A stretch of DNA of 64,000 nt from Clostridia bacterium (GTDB taxonomy: Bacteria; Bacillota; Clostridia; Christensenellales; Borkfalkiaceae): positions 5,088-69,087 of the forward strand of contig JAFXHR010000020.1 in NCBI GenBank assembly GCA_017536305.1, in the 5' to 3' direction. Below, one piece after another: positions 29,802-37,137 of the stretch. Positions within the stretch are counted from its first letter, which is position 1. Each line of letters opens with the position of its first letter. Below the pieces are notes generated by a model. It saw only the letters and a program-made list of their open reading frames with translations, did not search any database and was not told where the DNA came from. The translations under genes were made by a program, and so were the position numbers.

Positions 29802-30080
29802 ATGAAAGACGATTTAGAATTTCTTCGGCTTTGGGATACCTACTCGCCCTTACTGACTGCAAAGCAACGGGAAATGACGGATTTATATTTTAACTACGAC
29901 TTATCGCTCGGCGAAATTGCGGAGCAAAGGGGCGTATCCCGTCAAAGCGTATCCGATTGTTTGCAAAAATGCAGGAAACAGCTGGAAGATTATGAAAAAA
30001 AGCTCGGTTTTTTGCAAACGCTGGACGAGCTTACGCGCCGTATCAGCGAGCTGGAAACGGCAAAAGGCAATAAGGAGTAA
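29802..30080 (+). CDS. ylxM: YlxM/UPF0122 helix-turn-helix protein
   Basis: 92 aa. LSLGEIAEQRGVSRQSVSD (HTH). Conserved position directly upstream of ffh. Confidence 0.85.
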   Translation: MKDDLEFLRLWDTYSPLLTAKQREMTDLYFNYDLSLGEIAEQRGVSRQSVSDCLQKCRKQLEDYEKKLGFLQTLDELTRRISELETAKGNKE

Positions 30081-30082
30081 CA

Positions 30083-31402
30083 ATGGCTTTATTCGGTTCA
30101 CTTTCGGAAAGATTAAACCATATATTTTCAAAGCTTACTAAGCGCGGAAAGCTGACGGAGCTTGAAATCCGCACGGCTATGCGTGAAGTGCGCGTGGCGC
30201 TTTTGGAGGCGGACGTCAATCTTCGCGTTGCCAAGCAATTTATCGCGGAAGTATCGGAAAAGGCGGTCGGGCAGGAAATCTTATCCTCGCTCAATCCTGC
30301 GCAACAGGTAATAAAAATCGTCAATGACGAGCTGATTGCGTTGATGGGCGCAAAGAACGCAAAATTAGAAGTATCGCCCAAGCTCCCGACGGTTATTATG
30401 ATGTGCGGTTTGCAGGGTGCTGGTAAAACCACCCTTTGCGGAAAGCTTGCGGTGCAACTGAAAAAGCAGGGCAAAAATCCTTTGCTCGTCGCAGGGGATA
30501 TTTACCGTCCCGCGGCGATTACACAATTACAAGTCGTAGGTAAAAACGCGCAAACGGAAGTATTTGAAAAGGGCACGCAAAGCCCCGTAAAGACGGCGAA
30601 ACAAGCGATTGAATACGCGCGCTCGAAAGGGTACGACACGGTCGTTTTGGACACGGCAGGGCGTTTACAAATCGACGAAACGCTGATGCAGGAGCTTGAA
30701 AATATTAAAAAAGAAGTGGAAGTAACGGAAACGCTACTCGTCGTAGACGCTATGACGGGGCAAGAGGCGGTCAACGTTGCGGAAACGTTCAATGCGCGTT
30801 TGGAAATCACGGGCGTGATTTTGACCAAATTAGACGGCGATACGCGTGGCGGTGCTTGTCTTTCGATTAAGGCAGTAACGGGCAAGCCCATTAAATTTAT
30901 CGGTGTAGGCGAAAAGCTTACCGATTTAGAGCCTTTCTATCCCGATAGAATGGCGTCGAGAATTTTGGGTATGGGCGACGTACTTTCGCTCATTGAAAAA
31001 GCGCAACAGGCAATCACGGAAGAAGACGCGAAAAAGATGCAACAAAAAATGCTTGCAAATTCGTTTACCCTTTCCGATTACTTGGAACAATTTTCTATGA
31101 TGAAGAAAATGGGCGGTGCGCAAGCCATGCTTTCTATGCTCCCTGGGGCGGGCAAATTAAAGGTGAACGAAGGGGATATCGACGAAAAGAAGATAGAACG
31201 CACGAAAGCGATTATCCTTTCTATGACCAAGGCAGAGCGCGACAATCCCTCGATAATCGACAGCAAGAGAAAACGCCGTATTTCGGCGGGCTCGGGCACG
31301 ACGGTACAGGAAGTCAACCAGCTCTTAAAGCAGTTTGACCAAACCAAACAACTGATGAAACAGTTGAAGGGGGGGCGTGGCAAATTCCGCTTACCCTTCT
31401 AA
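30083..31402 (+). CDS. ffh: Signal recognition particle protein
   Basis: GLQGAGKTT, DTAGRL and TKLDGDTRGG GTPase motifs. Met-rich M domain. Confidence 0.97.
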   Translation: MALFGSLSERLNHIFSKLTKRGKLTELEIRTAMREVRVALLEADVNLRVAKQFIAEVSEKAVGQEILSSLNPAQQVIKIVNDELIALMGAKNAKLEVSPKLPTVIMMCGLQGAGKTTLCGKLAVQLKKQGKNPLLVAGDIYRPAAITQLQVVGKNAQTEVFEKGTQSPVKTAKQAIEYARSKGYDTVVLDTAGRLQIDETLMQELENIKKEVEVTETLLVVDAMTGQEAVNVAETFNARLEITGVILTKLDGDTRGGACLSIKAVTGKPIKFIGVGEKLTDLEPFYPDRMASRILGMGDVLSLIEKAQQAITEEDAKKMQQKMLANSFTLSDYLEQFSMMKKMGGAQAMLSMLPGAGKLKVNEGDIDEKKIERTKAIILSMTKAERDNPSIIDSKRKRRISAGSGTTVQEVNQLLKQFDQTKQLMKQLKGGRGKFRLPF

Positions 31403-31406
31403 AAGC

Positions 31407-31597
31407 AAAACGACGTATCTACGTCGCATTTCGGCGTTGCCTTTCAGTTACGTGCTATTGCACGCGCCTTCAAGGCTCCTTGAACTGCTCGTATCTCCGT
31501 CGTTTTACCAGCATTAGTGTAATGTCATTGCGAACGAGTGTAACGAGTGTGGCAATCTCGTATAAATAATTCCGCAACGAATTGCAAAGCAATTCAC
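31407..31597 (+). repeat. Mosaic palindromic intergenic element, copy 1 (modules H-B1-C-mini D)
   Basis: H is CGACGTA-TC-TACGTCG at 31411-31426. B1 has hairpins CGTGC-TATT-GCACG and TTCAAGG-CT-CCTTGAA and ends CTCGTATCTCCGTCG+TTTTACCAG. C is GTCATTGCGA..(AACGAGTGT x2)..GTGGCAATC. It closes with GAATTGC-AAA-GCAATTC. Confidence 0.85.
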
Positions 31598-31648
31598 TTA
31601 CAACAAAAACAAAAAAATTTTTTATATATACTTTGGAGGTATAAAATT

Positions 31649-31942
31649 ATGGTAAAAATGAGACTTTTCAGAATGGGCGACAAGAAGAACCCTATCTATC
31701 GTGTTGTCGTAGTAGACAGCAGAAAGGCGGCGACGGGCGAATATATCGACTGCGTTGGGCACTACAATCCGACGGCAAACCCCGTTGCGCTTGACATTGA
31801 CGTAGAGAAAGCAAAAGACTGGCTTTCCAAGGGCGTTCAACCCACGGAAACGGTTAAAAATCTTCTTGTAAAAACGGGTGCAATGGAAAAATCCGCAAAG
31901 CTTAGCCCGTCCAAGACGAAAGGTAAGAAAAAAGCCGACTAA
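31649..31942 (+). CDS. rpsP: 30S ribosomal protein S16
   Basis: GGAGG RBS, then MVKMRLFRMGDKKNPIYRVVVVDSR.... The upstream in-frame extension from 31547 lies in the repeat and is rejected. Confidence 0.95.
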   Translation: MVKMRLFRMGDKKNPIYRVVVVDSRKAATGEYIDCVGHYNPTANPVALDIDVEKAKDWLSKGVQPTETVKNLLVKTGAMEKSAKLSPSKTKGKKKAD

Positions 31943-31950
31943 TCGATAGA

Positions 31951-32093
31951 AAACGACGTATATACGTCGCAATACAGCGTTGTCGCTCGCTTACGTACTA
32001 TCGGTACGCGCGCTCGCGACGCCTTGTCTTGCTCGTATCTACGCCGTTTTACCAAGATTGTCATTGCGAACGAGCAACGCGAGTGTGGCAATC
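31951..32093 (+). repeat. Mosaic palindromic intergenic element, copy 2 (modules H-B2-C)
   Basis: H is CGACGTA-TA-TACGTCG from 31954. B2 is ATACAGCGTTGTCGCTCGCTTACGTACTATCGGTACGCGCGCTCGCGACGCCTTGTCTTG plus CTCGTATCTACGCCGTTTTACCA. C ends GTGGCAATC at 32093. Confidence 0.85.
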
Positions 32094-32125
32094 TTATTTC
32101 AAACATTCCTTAGGGAGAACAAGCC

Positions 32126-32395
32126 ATGTTAGATTTAATCAAATATATCGTCGGTCAATTTGCCGAAGATAAAGAAAACGTCGAATACGCGGTCAAAGAA
32201 AAGGAACGCGTAATCGAAGTAACGATTACCCTGTCTTCGTCCGACATGGGCAAGGTAATCGGCAAGCAGGGTAAAATCGCGAAAGCGTTGCGTACGCTCG
32301 TACACGGCGCAACCCCTGCGCACGAAAAACGCTACGTAATTGAAATCCGTGAACGGGGTGGCGACGCCGTGGATACGGATTTAGACGCAGAATAA
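32126..32395 (+). CDS. KH-domain RNA-binding protein (YlqC/UPF0109-like)
   Basis: 89 aa. MGKVIGKQGKIAKALRTL contains the GxxG KH motif. Conserved position between rpsP and rimM. Confidence 0.85.
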   Translation: MLDLIKYIVGQFAEDKENVEYAVKEKERVIEVTITLSSSDMGKVIGKQGKIAKALRTLVHGATPAHEKRYVIEIRERGGDAVDTDLDAE

Positions 32396-32414
32396 GCTAA
32401 AAAAGTAGCAATAA

Positions 32415-32446
32415 AAAAGGGCTTTCAAACGGGAAGCCTTTTTTTG
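32415..32446 (+). terminator. Weak intra-operon hairpin plus T-run (attenuator/terminator)
   Basis: AAGGGCTTTC-AAAC-GGGAAGCCTT followed by TTTTT, between the KH gene and rimM. Confidence 0.4.
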
Positions 32447-32468
32447 CCTTAGAAAAAGGAGCAAGCGT

Positions 32469-32969
32469 ATGCAACGATTGACAATAGCCGAAGTTTTGAA
32501 ACCGCAAGGTATTCGCGGTGAACTTAAAATCAAAACATTTACCGACTTTCCCGAAGACGTGAAAGCGTTCAAAACGGTATATATCGACGACAAGCCGTAT
32601 AAAATTTTATCCTACCGCGTGGGCACGGACGGCTTTGCGTATATCGGTCTTCGCGGAATACCCGATAGAAACACGGCGGAGCTGTTCCGCGGTAAACTGC
32701 TCCAAGGCGAGCGCGACGACGCACCGCCCTTGGAAGAAGGTCAATATTATATCGTGGACATTCTCGGTCTTTCGTGTGAAACGGAAGATGGGGAAGTGCT
32801 CGGCACGGTCGTAGACGTGAGCTTGCTTTCGTCCGATATTTACACCATAGAAAAAGCAGGAAAGAAAATACTCTTTCCTGCCGTAAAAGGCGTCGTCAAA
32901 ACCGTCGATTTTGACAACAAAAAACTAATCGTCGATAAAAAGATTTTCGACGAAATCGCCGTTTATTGA
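32469..32969 (+). CDS. rimM: 16S rRNA processing protein RimM
   Basis: IAEVLKPQGIRGELKIK... N-terminal barrel and PRC-like C-terminus. Operon position. Confidence 0.9.
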   Translation: MQRLTIAEVLKPQGIRGELKIKTFTDFPEDVKAFKTVYIDDKPYKILSYRVGTDGFAYIGLRGIPDRNTAELFRGKLLQGERDDAPPLEEGQYYIVDILGLSCETEDGEVLGTVVDVSLLSSDIYTIEKAGKKILFPAVKGVVKTVDFDNKKLIVDKKIFDEIAVY

Positions 32970-33673
32970 GCGTCTTTTTTCGGACGCATTATAGCGGTCA
33001 ATTTATCCAAAACGCCCGTTTTGCAAAGCGCGATTAAAACGGCAATGGCAATGAGCGCGTCGAGCGGTACGTAGATGCATTGATAGATAAACGAATAAAC
33101 GAACGCGTTGCTCATAGCCCAGCTAGGCAAACTCACCCAAACGGAATCCTGCATAAAGAAAATCATACCCGAGAGTAGGTGTGAAATAAACCGCGCGGAA
33201 AATACGGTAACCGCGCCTAATACGATAGGCAAACAACCCTTTTCCTTGCGCGATATTTTTCCGAAAAAGCCCATAAGCCCAACGCTCATAAAGGCAAGCA
33301 GGTAATCGAAAAGGAAGGTAGCAGGTGTGAGAATATACGGGTCTTCGATAAAATTCAAGAGCCCGTGAATAAGCCCCACCAAGAGCCCGTCCGCTACGCC
33401 GTATACGTACGCAAAAATCAGGATAGGCACGAACGACGCGACGGTTACCGAACCGCCGTATTGCACGGGGCTGAACTTAATGACGGCAAGGGTAAAGGAC
33501 ATAGACACGCAAATACCTGCAAACGCAATCTTTTTCGCGTCCCATTTCTTACCGTTTTTCAAAAAGCCGATAAGCGCAATGACGGCTAAAACGAGTACGA
33601 CGCCGATAATGGAAATCCATTTCACGACGTTGGTGGTTTGCTCGGAAACTTCGAGCAGGGAATAAAGAAACAT
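32963..33673 (-). CDS. thiT: ECF-transporter S component, thiamine-specific (ThiT-like)
   Basis: 236-aa six-helix membrane protein with AGGAGG RBS. Preceded on the same strand by a TPP riboswitch. Confidence 0.7.
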   Translation of the reverse strand: MFLYSLLEVSEQTTNVVKWISIIGVVLVLAVIALIGFLKNGKKWDAKKIAFAGICVSMSFTLAVIKFSPVQYGGSVTVASFVPILIFAYVYGVADGLLVGLIHGLLNFIEDPYILTPATFLFDYLLAFMSVGLMGFFGKISRKEKGCLPIVLGAVTVFSARFISHLLSGMIFFMQDSVWVSLPSWAMSNAFVYSFIYQCIYVPLDALIAIAVLIALCKTGVLDKLTAIMRPKKDAQ

Positions 33674-33711
33674 AAAAAAGCCTCCTTTCCGTCGTACGCG
33701 CTTTTACAAAA

Positions 33712-33746
33712 AGAAAAAACGCCGACACGCAAACAGCGTGGGCGCA
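33712..33746 (-). terminator. Riboswitch expression-platform terminator
   Basis: Minus strand reads CGCC-CACGC-TGTTT-GCGTG-TC-GGCG followed by TTTTTTCTTTTT. Confidence 0.6.
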
Positions 33747-33793
33747 AAATCCTTTTCGCCTATCCCGACAAACGGTATAGAGAAAAACGGTGA

Positions 33794-33871
33794 ACATCTC
33801 TCGCTCAGGTATTACCCTGCCGATTCAAATGGTATAATCTCAGCCTTAACAAAGGCACCCACGACGGATAT
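33794..33871 (-). promoter_or_regulatory. TPP (THI-box) riboswitch aptamer
   Basis: Minus strand reads AUAUC CGUCGU GGGUGCC UUUGUUAAGG CUGAGA UUAUACC AUUUGAAUC GGCAGG GUAAUA CCUGAGCGAGA GAUGU. It has the conserved CUGAGA, ACC, UGA and GGUAAUACC...AGCG elements and a P1 of AUAUC/GAUGU. Confidence 0.75.
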
Positions 33872-33957
33872 CAAATTTTAGTATTTATATTATAAATAAA
33901 AACGCAACGACTTGTCAAGCGTTTCAAACGAAAAATCATAAAAAGGAACAAACACTT

Positions 33958-34542
33958 ATGCGCTACGATTTTTACGCCTATATGGACCGAATGAAATATA
34001 TCAAGCGTTGGCAACTGATGCGCTCGACGCGCGAAGAAAATATTATGGAGCACTCGCAAAGCGTAAGCCTGCTTTCGCATGCGCTCGTTACCATTCACAA
34101 CGAAGTATACGGCGGAAAAGCAGACGTTTTGAAAACGGTATTATACGCTTTATATCACGAAACGAGCGAAGTGATGACGGGGGATTTGCCCACGCCCATT
34201 AAATACTACAATAGAAGTATCCAAGGCGCGTATAAAGAGCTGGAAAAAAGCGCGTGCGAAAAGGTGGTAAACACTCTGCCTTGCGAAATGAAAAAAAGCA
34301 TTGCACCGTTCGTGCTCGCCGACGAAGAGAGCATAGAATATAAGCTCGTCAAATGCGCGGACAGACTTTCGGCGTATATCAAATGCTTAGAAGAGCTCCG
34401 TAGCGGAAACACCGAATTTTCCAAAGCGAAAAAGAGTATTGAAAAGGATTTACACAGTCGCAATATGCCCGAAGTGGAATACTTTTTCGAGCATTTCATT
34501 CCGTCGTTTGCATTGACCTTGGACGACTTGGAAGGTATGTAA
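33958..34542 (+). CDS. HD-domain 5'-deoxynucleotidase (YfbR-like)
   Basis: MKYIKRWQLMR...ENIMEHSQSV...HETSEVMTGDLPTP is typical of YfbR-type HD phosphohydrolases. Confidence 0.8.
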   Translation: MRYDFYAYMDRMKYIKRWQLMRSTREENIMEHSQSVSLLSHALVTIHNEVYGGKADVLKTVLYALYHETSEVMTGDLPTPIKYYNRSIQGAYKELEKSACEKVVNTLPCEMKKSIAPFVLADEESIEYKLVKCADRLSAYIKCLEELRSGNTEFSKAKKSIEKDLHSRNMPEVEYFFEHFIPSFALTLDDLEGM

Positions 34543-34641
34543 AAATCACACAGTTTTCAAACTTTCTTTAATTATTTAACAAACAAATAGCCTATAATAA
34601 ATAAAGAATAAAAAATCGTTTTATCATAAGGAACGGAAAAC

Positions 34642-36102
34642 ATGAAAAAAATTTGGAAAACAATCCTTTGCGGTGCATTGACTTTAACAACTTTATTATC
34701 CTTGACCGCTTGTCAAAAAGAAACGGTCATAAACGCCTACGATATCGCCGTCAAAAACGGCTTTGTAGGTACGGAACAGGAATGGTTGCAAAGCCTGCAC
34801 GGTGCGGACGGCGACGACGGCAAGGATTTGAAAATTGAAGACGTCTACGCTTGGGCTAAGGAGCAAGGCTTTGACGGCACGTACCAAGACTTTTTACAAT
34901 CGCTCGGTTTGGAAGTCAACGAAGACAATAACACCGAAACGATTGCAAAAAACATCACGTCCACGGTAGAAATTTGCTGTGGTTTTACGCGCACGGTTAC
35001 TAAAACGGTAGGCTGGGGACAGACCAAATCTACCACCTACGCGTCCGCGTCGGCAGGTAGTGGGGTTATTTACAATATTAACCGTCAAGCAGGCACGGCG
35101 ACTATCATTACCAACTATCACGTAATATACAGCAACTCTATGACCGTACTTGACGGCGGTCAATATCAAAAGGTGTCGGGGGTGGACCAAACGAACGGCA
35201 TATCCGATTGCATATACGTATATCCCTACGGTGAGCTCAACGCCTTCTCGTCGGGCGATACGAACGGCGATACGGTATTAGACGGCGAACGCGGTGATAA
35301 AAGCCACGGTATCCCCGCGCGCGTTATCGGCGGAGCTATGGATTACGATATCGCGATTTTGGAAACGAGTGTGAACACCGAGTATTTCGGCGAGAGCGGT
35401 ATGGCAAATCAAGCGGAGCTTGGCGATTCCAACACGGCGACGGTTGGGGAAAAGGTCTTTGCCGTGGGTAACGCAAACGGTATGGGTATTTCCGTAACGA
35501 GCGGTGCGCTTTCCGTTGAGAGCGAATATATCCAAATGGGCAAAACGGACGGCTCGAACACGGCGGTACGCTACCGCGTAATGCGTACGGACGCGCCTAT
35601 TAACCACGGTAACTCGGGCGGTGGCTTATACAACGCCCAAGGCAAGCTTATCGGGATTACCAACGCGAAAAACGTGGAAGACGAAACGGATAATATGGGC
35701 TACGCCCTGCCGATTACGCAGGTAAAGTATCTTGTGGAAAATATGCTGGATAATCGCACGCTGGGCGGATACGTATCAAAAGCCACGCTGGGTATTACGA
35801 CGGTTATCAATTCGTCGAGCGCGAAAATGGTAAACGGCAAACTGACGATTGTGGAAGAATGTGTGGTAGGCTCTACGCCCGAGGCAGGCAATGCAAGCTA
35901 CAATAAGCTGTACTACGGCGATATTTTGAAATCGGCAACGATTAAAGGGGTAAACTATCCGCTTACCCGTAATTTCTACCTGCCCGAGCTTTTATTGACC
36001 GTCCGTAACGGCGAAACGATAACCATAGAAGTTATTCGTGGTGGACAGACGGAGAGTGTGGAGATAACGTTTAGCTCTAATCACTTTGTGAAATACTCCT
36101 AA
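34642..36102 (+). CDS. Secreted lipoprotein, trypsin-like (S1) serine protease
   Basis: Lipobox LSLTAC. Catalytic triad contexts are TNYHVI, DYDIAILE and NHGNSGGGLY. No obvious PDZ domain. Confidence 0.8.
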   Translation: MKKIWKTILCGALTLTTLLSLTACQKETVINAYDIAVKNGFVGTEQEWLQSLHGADGDDGKDLKIEDVYAWAKEQGFDGTYQDFLQSLGLEVNEDNNTETIAKNITSTVEICCGFTRTVTKTVGWGQTKSTTYASASAGSGVIYNINRQAGTATIITNYHVIYSNSMTVLDGGQYQKVSGVDQTNGISDCIYVYPYGELNAFSSGDTNGDTVLDGERGDKSHGIPARVIGGAMDYDIAILETSVNTEYFGESGMANQAELGDSNTATVGEKVFAVGNANGMGISVTSGALSVESEYIQMGKTDGSNTAVRYRVMRTDAPINHGNSGGGLYNAQGKLIGITNAKNVEDETDNMGYALPITQVKYLVENMLDNRTLGGYVSKATLGITTVINSSSAKMVNGKLTIVEECVVGSTPEAGNASYNKLYYGDILKSATIKGVNYPLTRNFYLPELLLTVRNGETITIEVIRGGQTESVEITFSSNHFVKYS

Positions 36103-36110
36103 AAAACGCG

Positions 36111-36364
36111 AAACGACGTATTTACGTCGCATTTCTTCGTCGCCTTTCAGTTACGTACTATCGGTACGCGCCTTCAAGGCTCCTTGAACTGCTTGTATCT
36201 ACGCCGTTTTACCAGCGTTAGCGTAATGTCATTGCGAGGAGCGTAGCGACGTGGCAATCGCATATAAATTTTACCGCAACGAATTGCGTAGAAATTCATT
36301 TCACGCGCGTAGCGCAATTCACGACGACAGTCAATTCACGGCACAAGCCCAACGGGCATTTCAC
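36111..36364 (+). repeat. Mosaic palindromic intergenic element, copy 3 (modules H-B1-C-D)
   Basis: H is CGACGTA-TT-TACGTCG from 36114, and B1 and C match copy 1. D is GAATT-GCGTAGA-AATTC, ATTTCAC, gcgcgtagcgc, AATTCAC (36316), gacgacagtc, AATTCAC (36333), ggcacaagcccaacgggc, ATTTCAC (36358). Confidence 0.85.
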
Positions 36365-36387
36365 CAAACCAAAAAAGGGGGCAAACA

Positions 36388-37134
36388 ATGAGAACGGAAG
36401 AATGGCTTACAAAGCTTTCGGAAAAATCTTCTAATGCAGAAACGCTGGAACAATTTCGCGCAAAGTTACCGCTTGGTATGGACGAGAGCGGAAATATAAT
36501 TCTTTCGCGGATACGGGAATACCCGTACGGGATACGCCATACCTGCGTTACGGGTGCGCATGCGACCGCTTTTATCAAGCGCTTTATTCTTTCCTTGTCC
36601 TGCCTTTACGACAAGGACGAGCTCAATTTTTTAGTGCTTTCGCCGAAAACGGAATACGGGGAGCTGTTGCGCTTAAATTCCTTGGAAATTACCGTGCCGT
36701 TTTTGCGTACGAAAGGGGATTTAGAGAGCGCAAAGGCTTGTATCACCGAGCTTATCACGCTTGCCGACACGCAAAAATGTCCCAAGCTTTTCGTCGTTTT
36801 GGACGGCTTGGAAGAATTGACGGGCTGTAATCAAAACGGCGACTTGGAAGAATACCGCGACTTTTTTACCATGCTCACGCGCAAAAACGTGGCAATCGTT
36901 AGCGGTGTATCACTGATGAAGAGTATATTCAGCGGTTACCCTGGGGCGTTCGTCGGCGTGGGGAACGCGCTCGTTACGACGGACGGCGAAGGGAAAGCGG
37001 ACGTAACCTACGTTGGCGACGATTTTGCACTGTCCCTGCCTACGGCAATCATTTTACCCGACGCACCTACGGTCAGCGAAACGGTGTTACTTCTCAATTC
37101 CATTCCCCAAAAAACGGAAAAGGACGAGAACTGA
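36388..37134 (+). CDS. Hypothetical protein; possible degenerate FtsK/SpoIIIE-like P-loop fold
   Basis: 248 aa with GGGGG RBS. HTCVTGAHATAFIK sits where FtsK-family proteins have HxLxAGxTGSGKS, and LFVVLDGLEEL resembles Walker B. Resemblance is judged from memory only. Confidence 0.5.
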   Translation: MRTEEWLTKLSEKSSNAETLEQFRAKLPLGMDESGNIILSRIREYPYGIRHTCVTGAHATAFIKRFILSLSCLYDKDELNFLVLSPKTEYGELLRLNSLEITVPFLRTKGDLESAKACITELITLADTQKCPKLFVVLDGLEELTGCNQNGDLEEYRDFFTMLTRKNVAIVSGVSLMKSIFSGYPGAFVGVGNALVTTDGEGKADVTYVGDDFALSLPTAIILPDAPTVSETVLLLNSIPQKTEKDEN

Positions 37135-37137
37135 TTT

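Noticed and set aside
31547-31648. A longer rpsP ORF starting at 31547.
   Set aside because: The extension lies in repeat copy 1, is not S16-like, and lacks an RBS. A GGAGG RBS precedes the ATG at 31649, which gives the canonical MVKMRLFRMG N-terminus.
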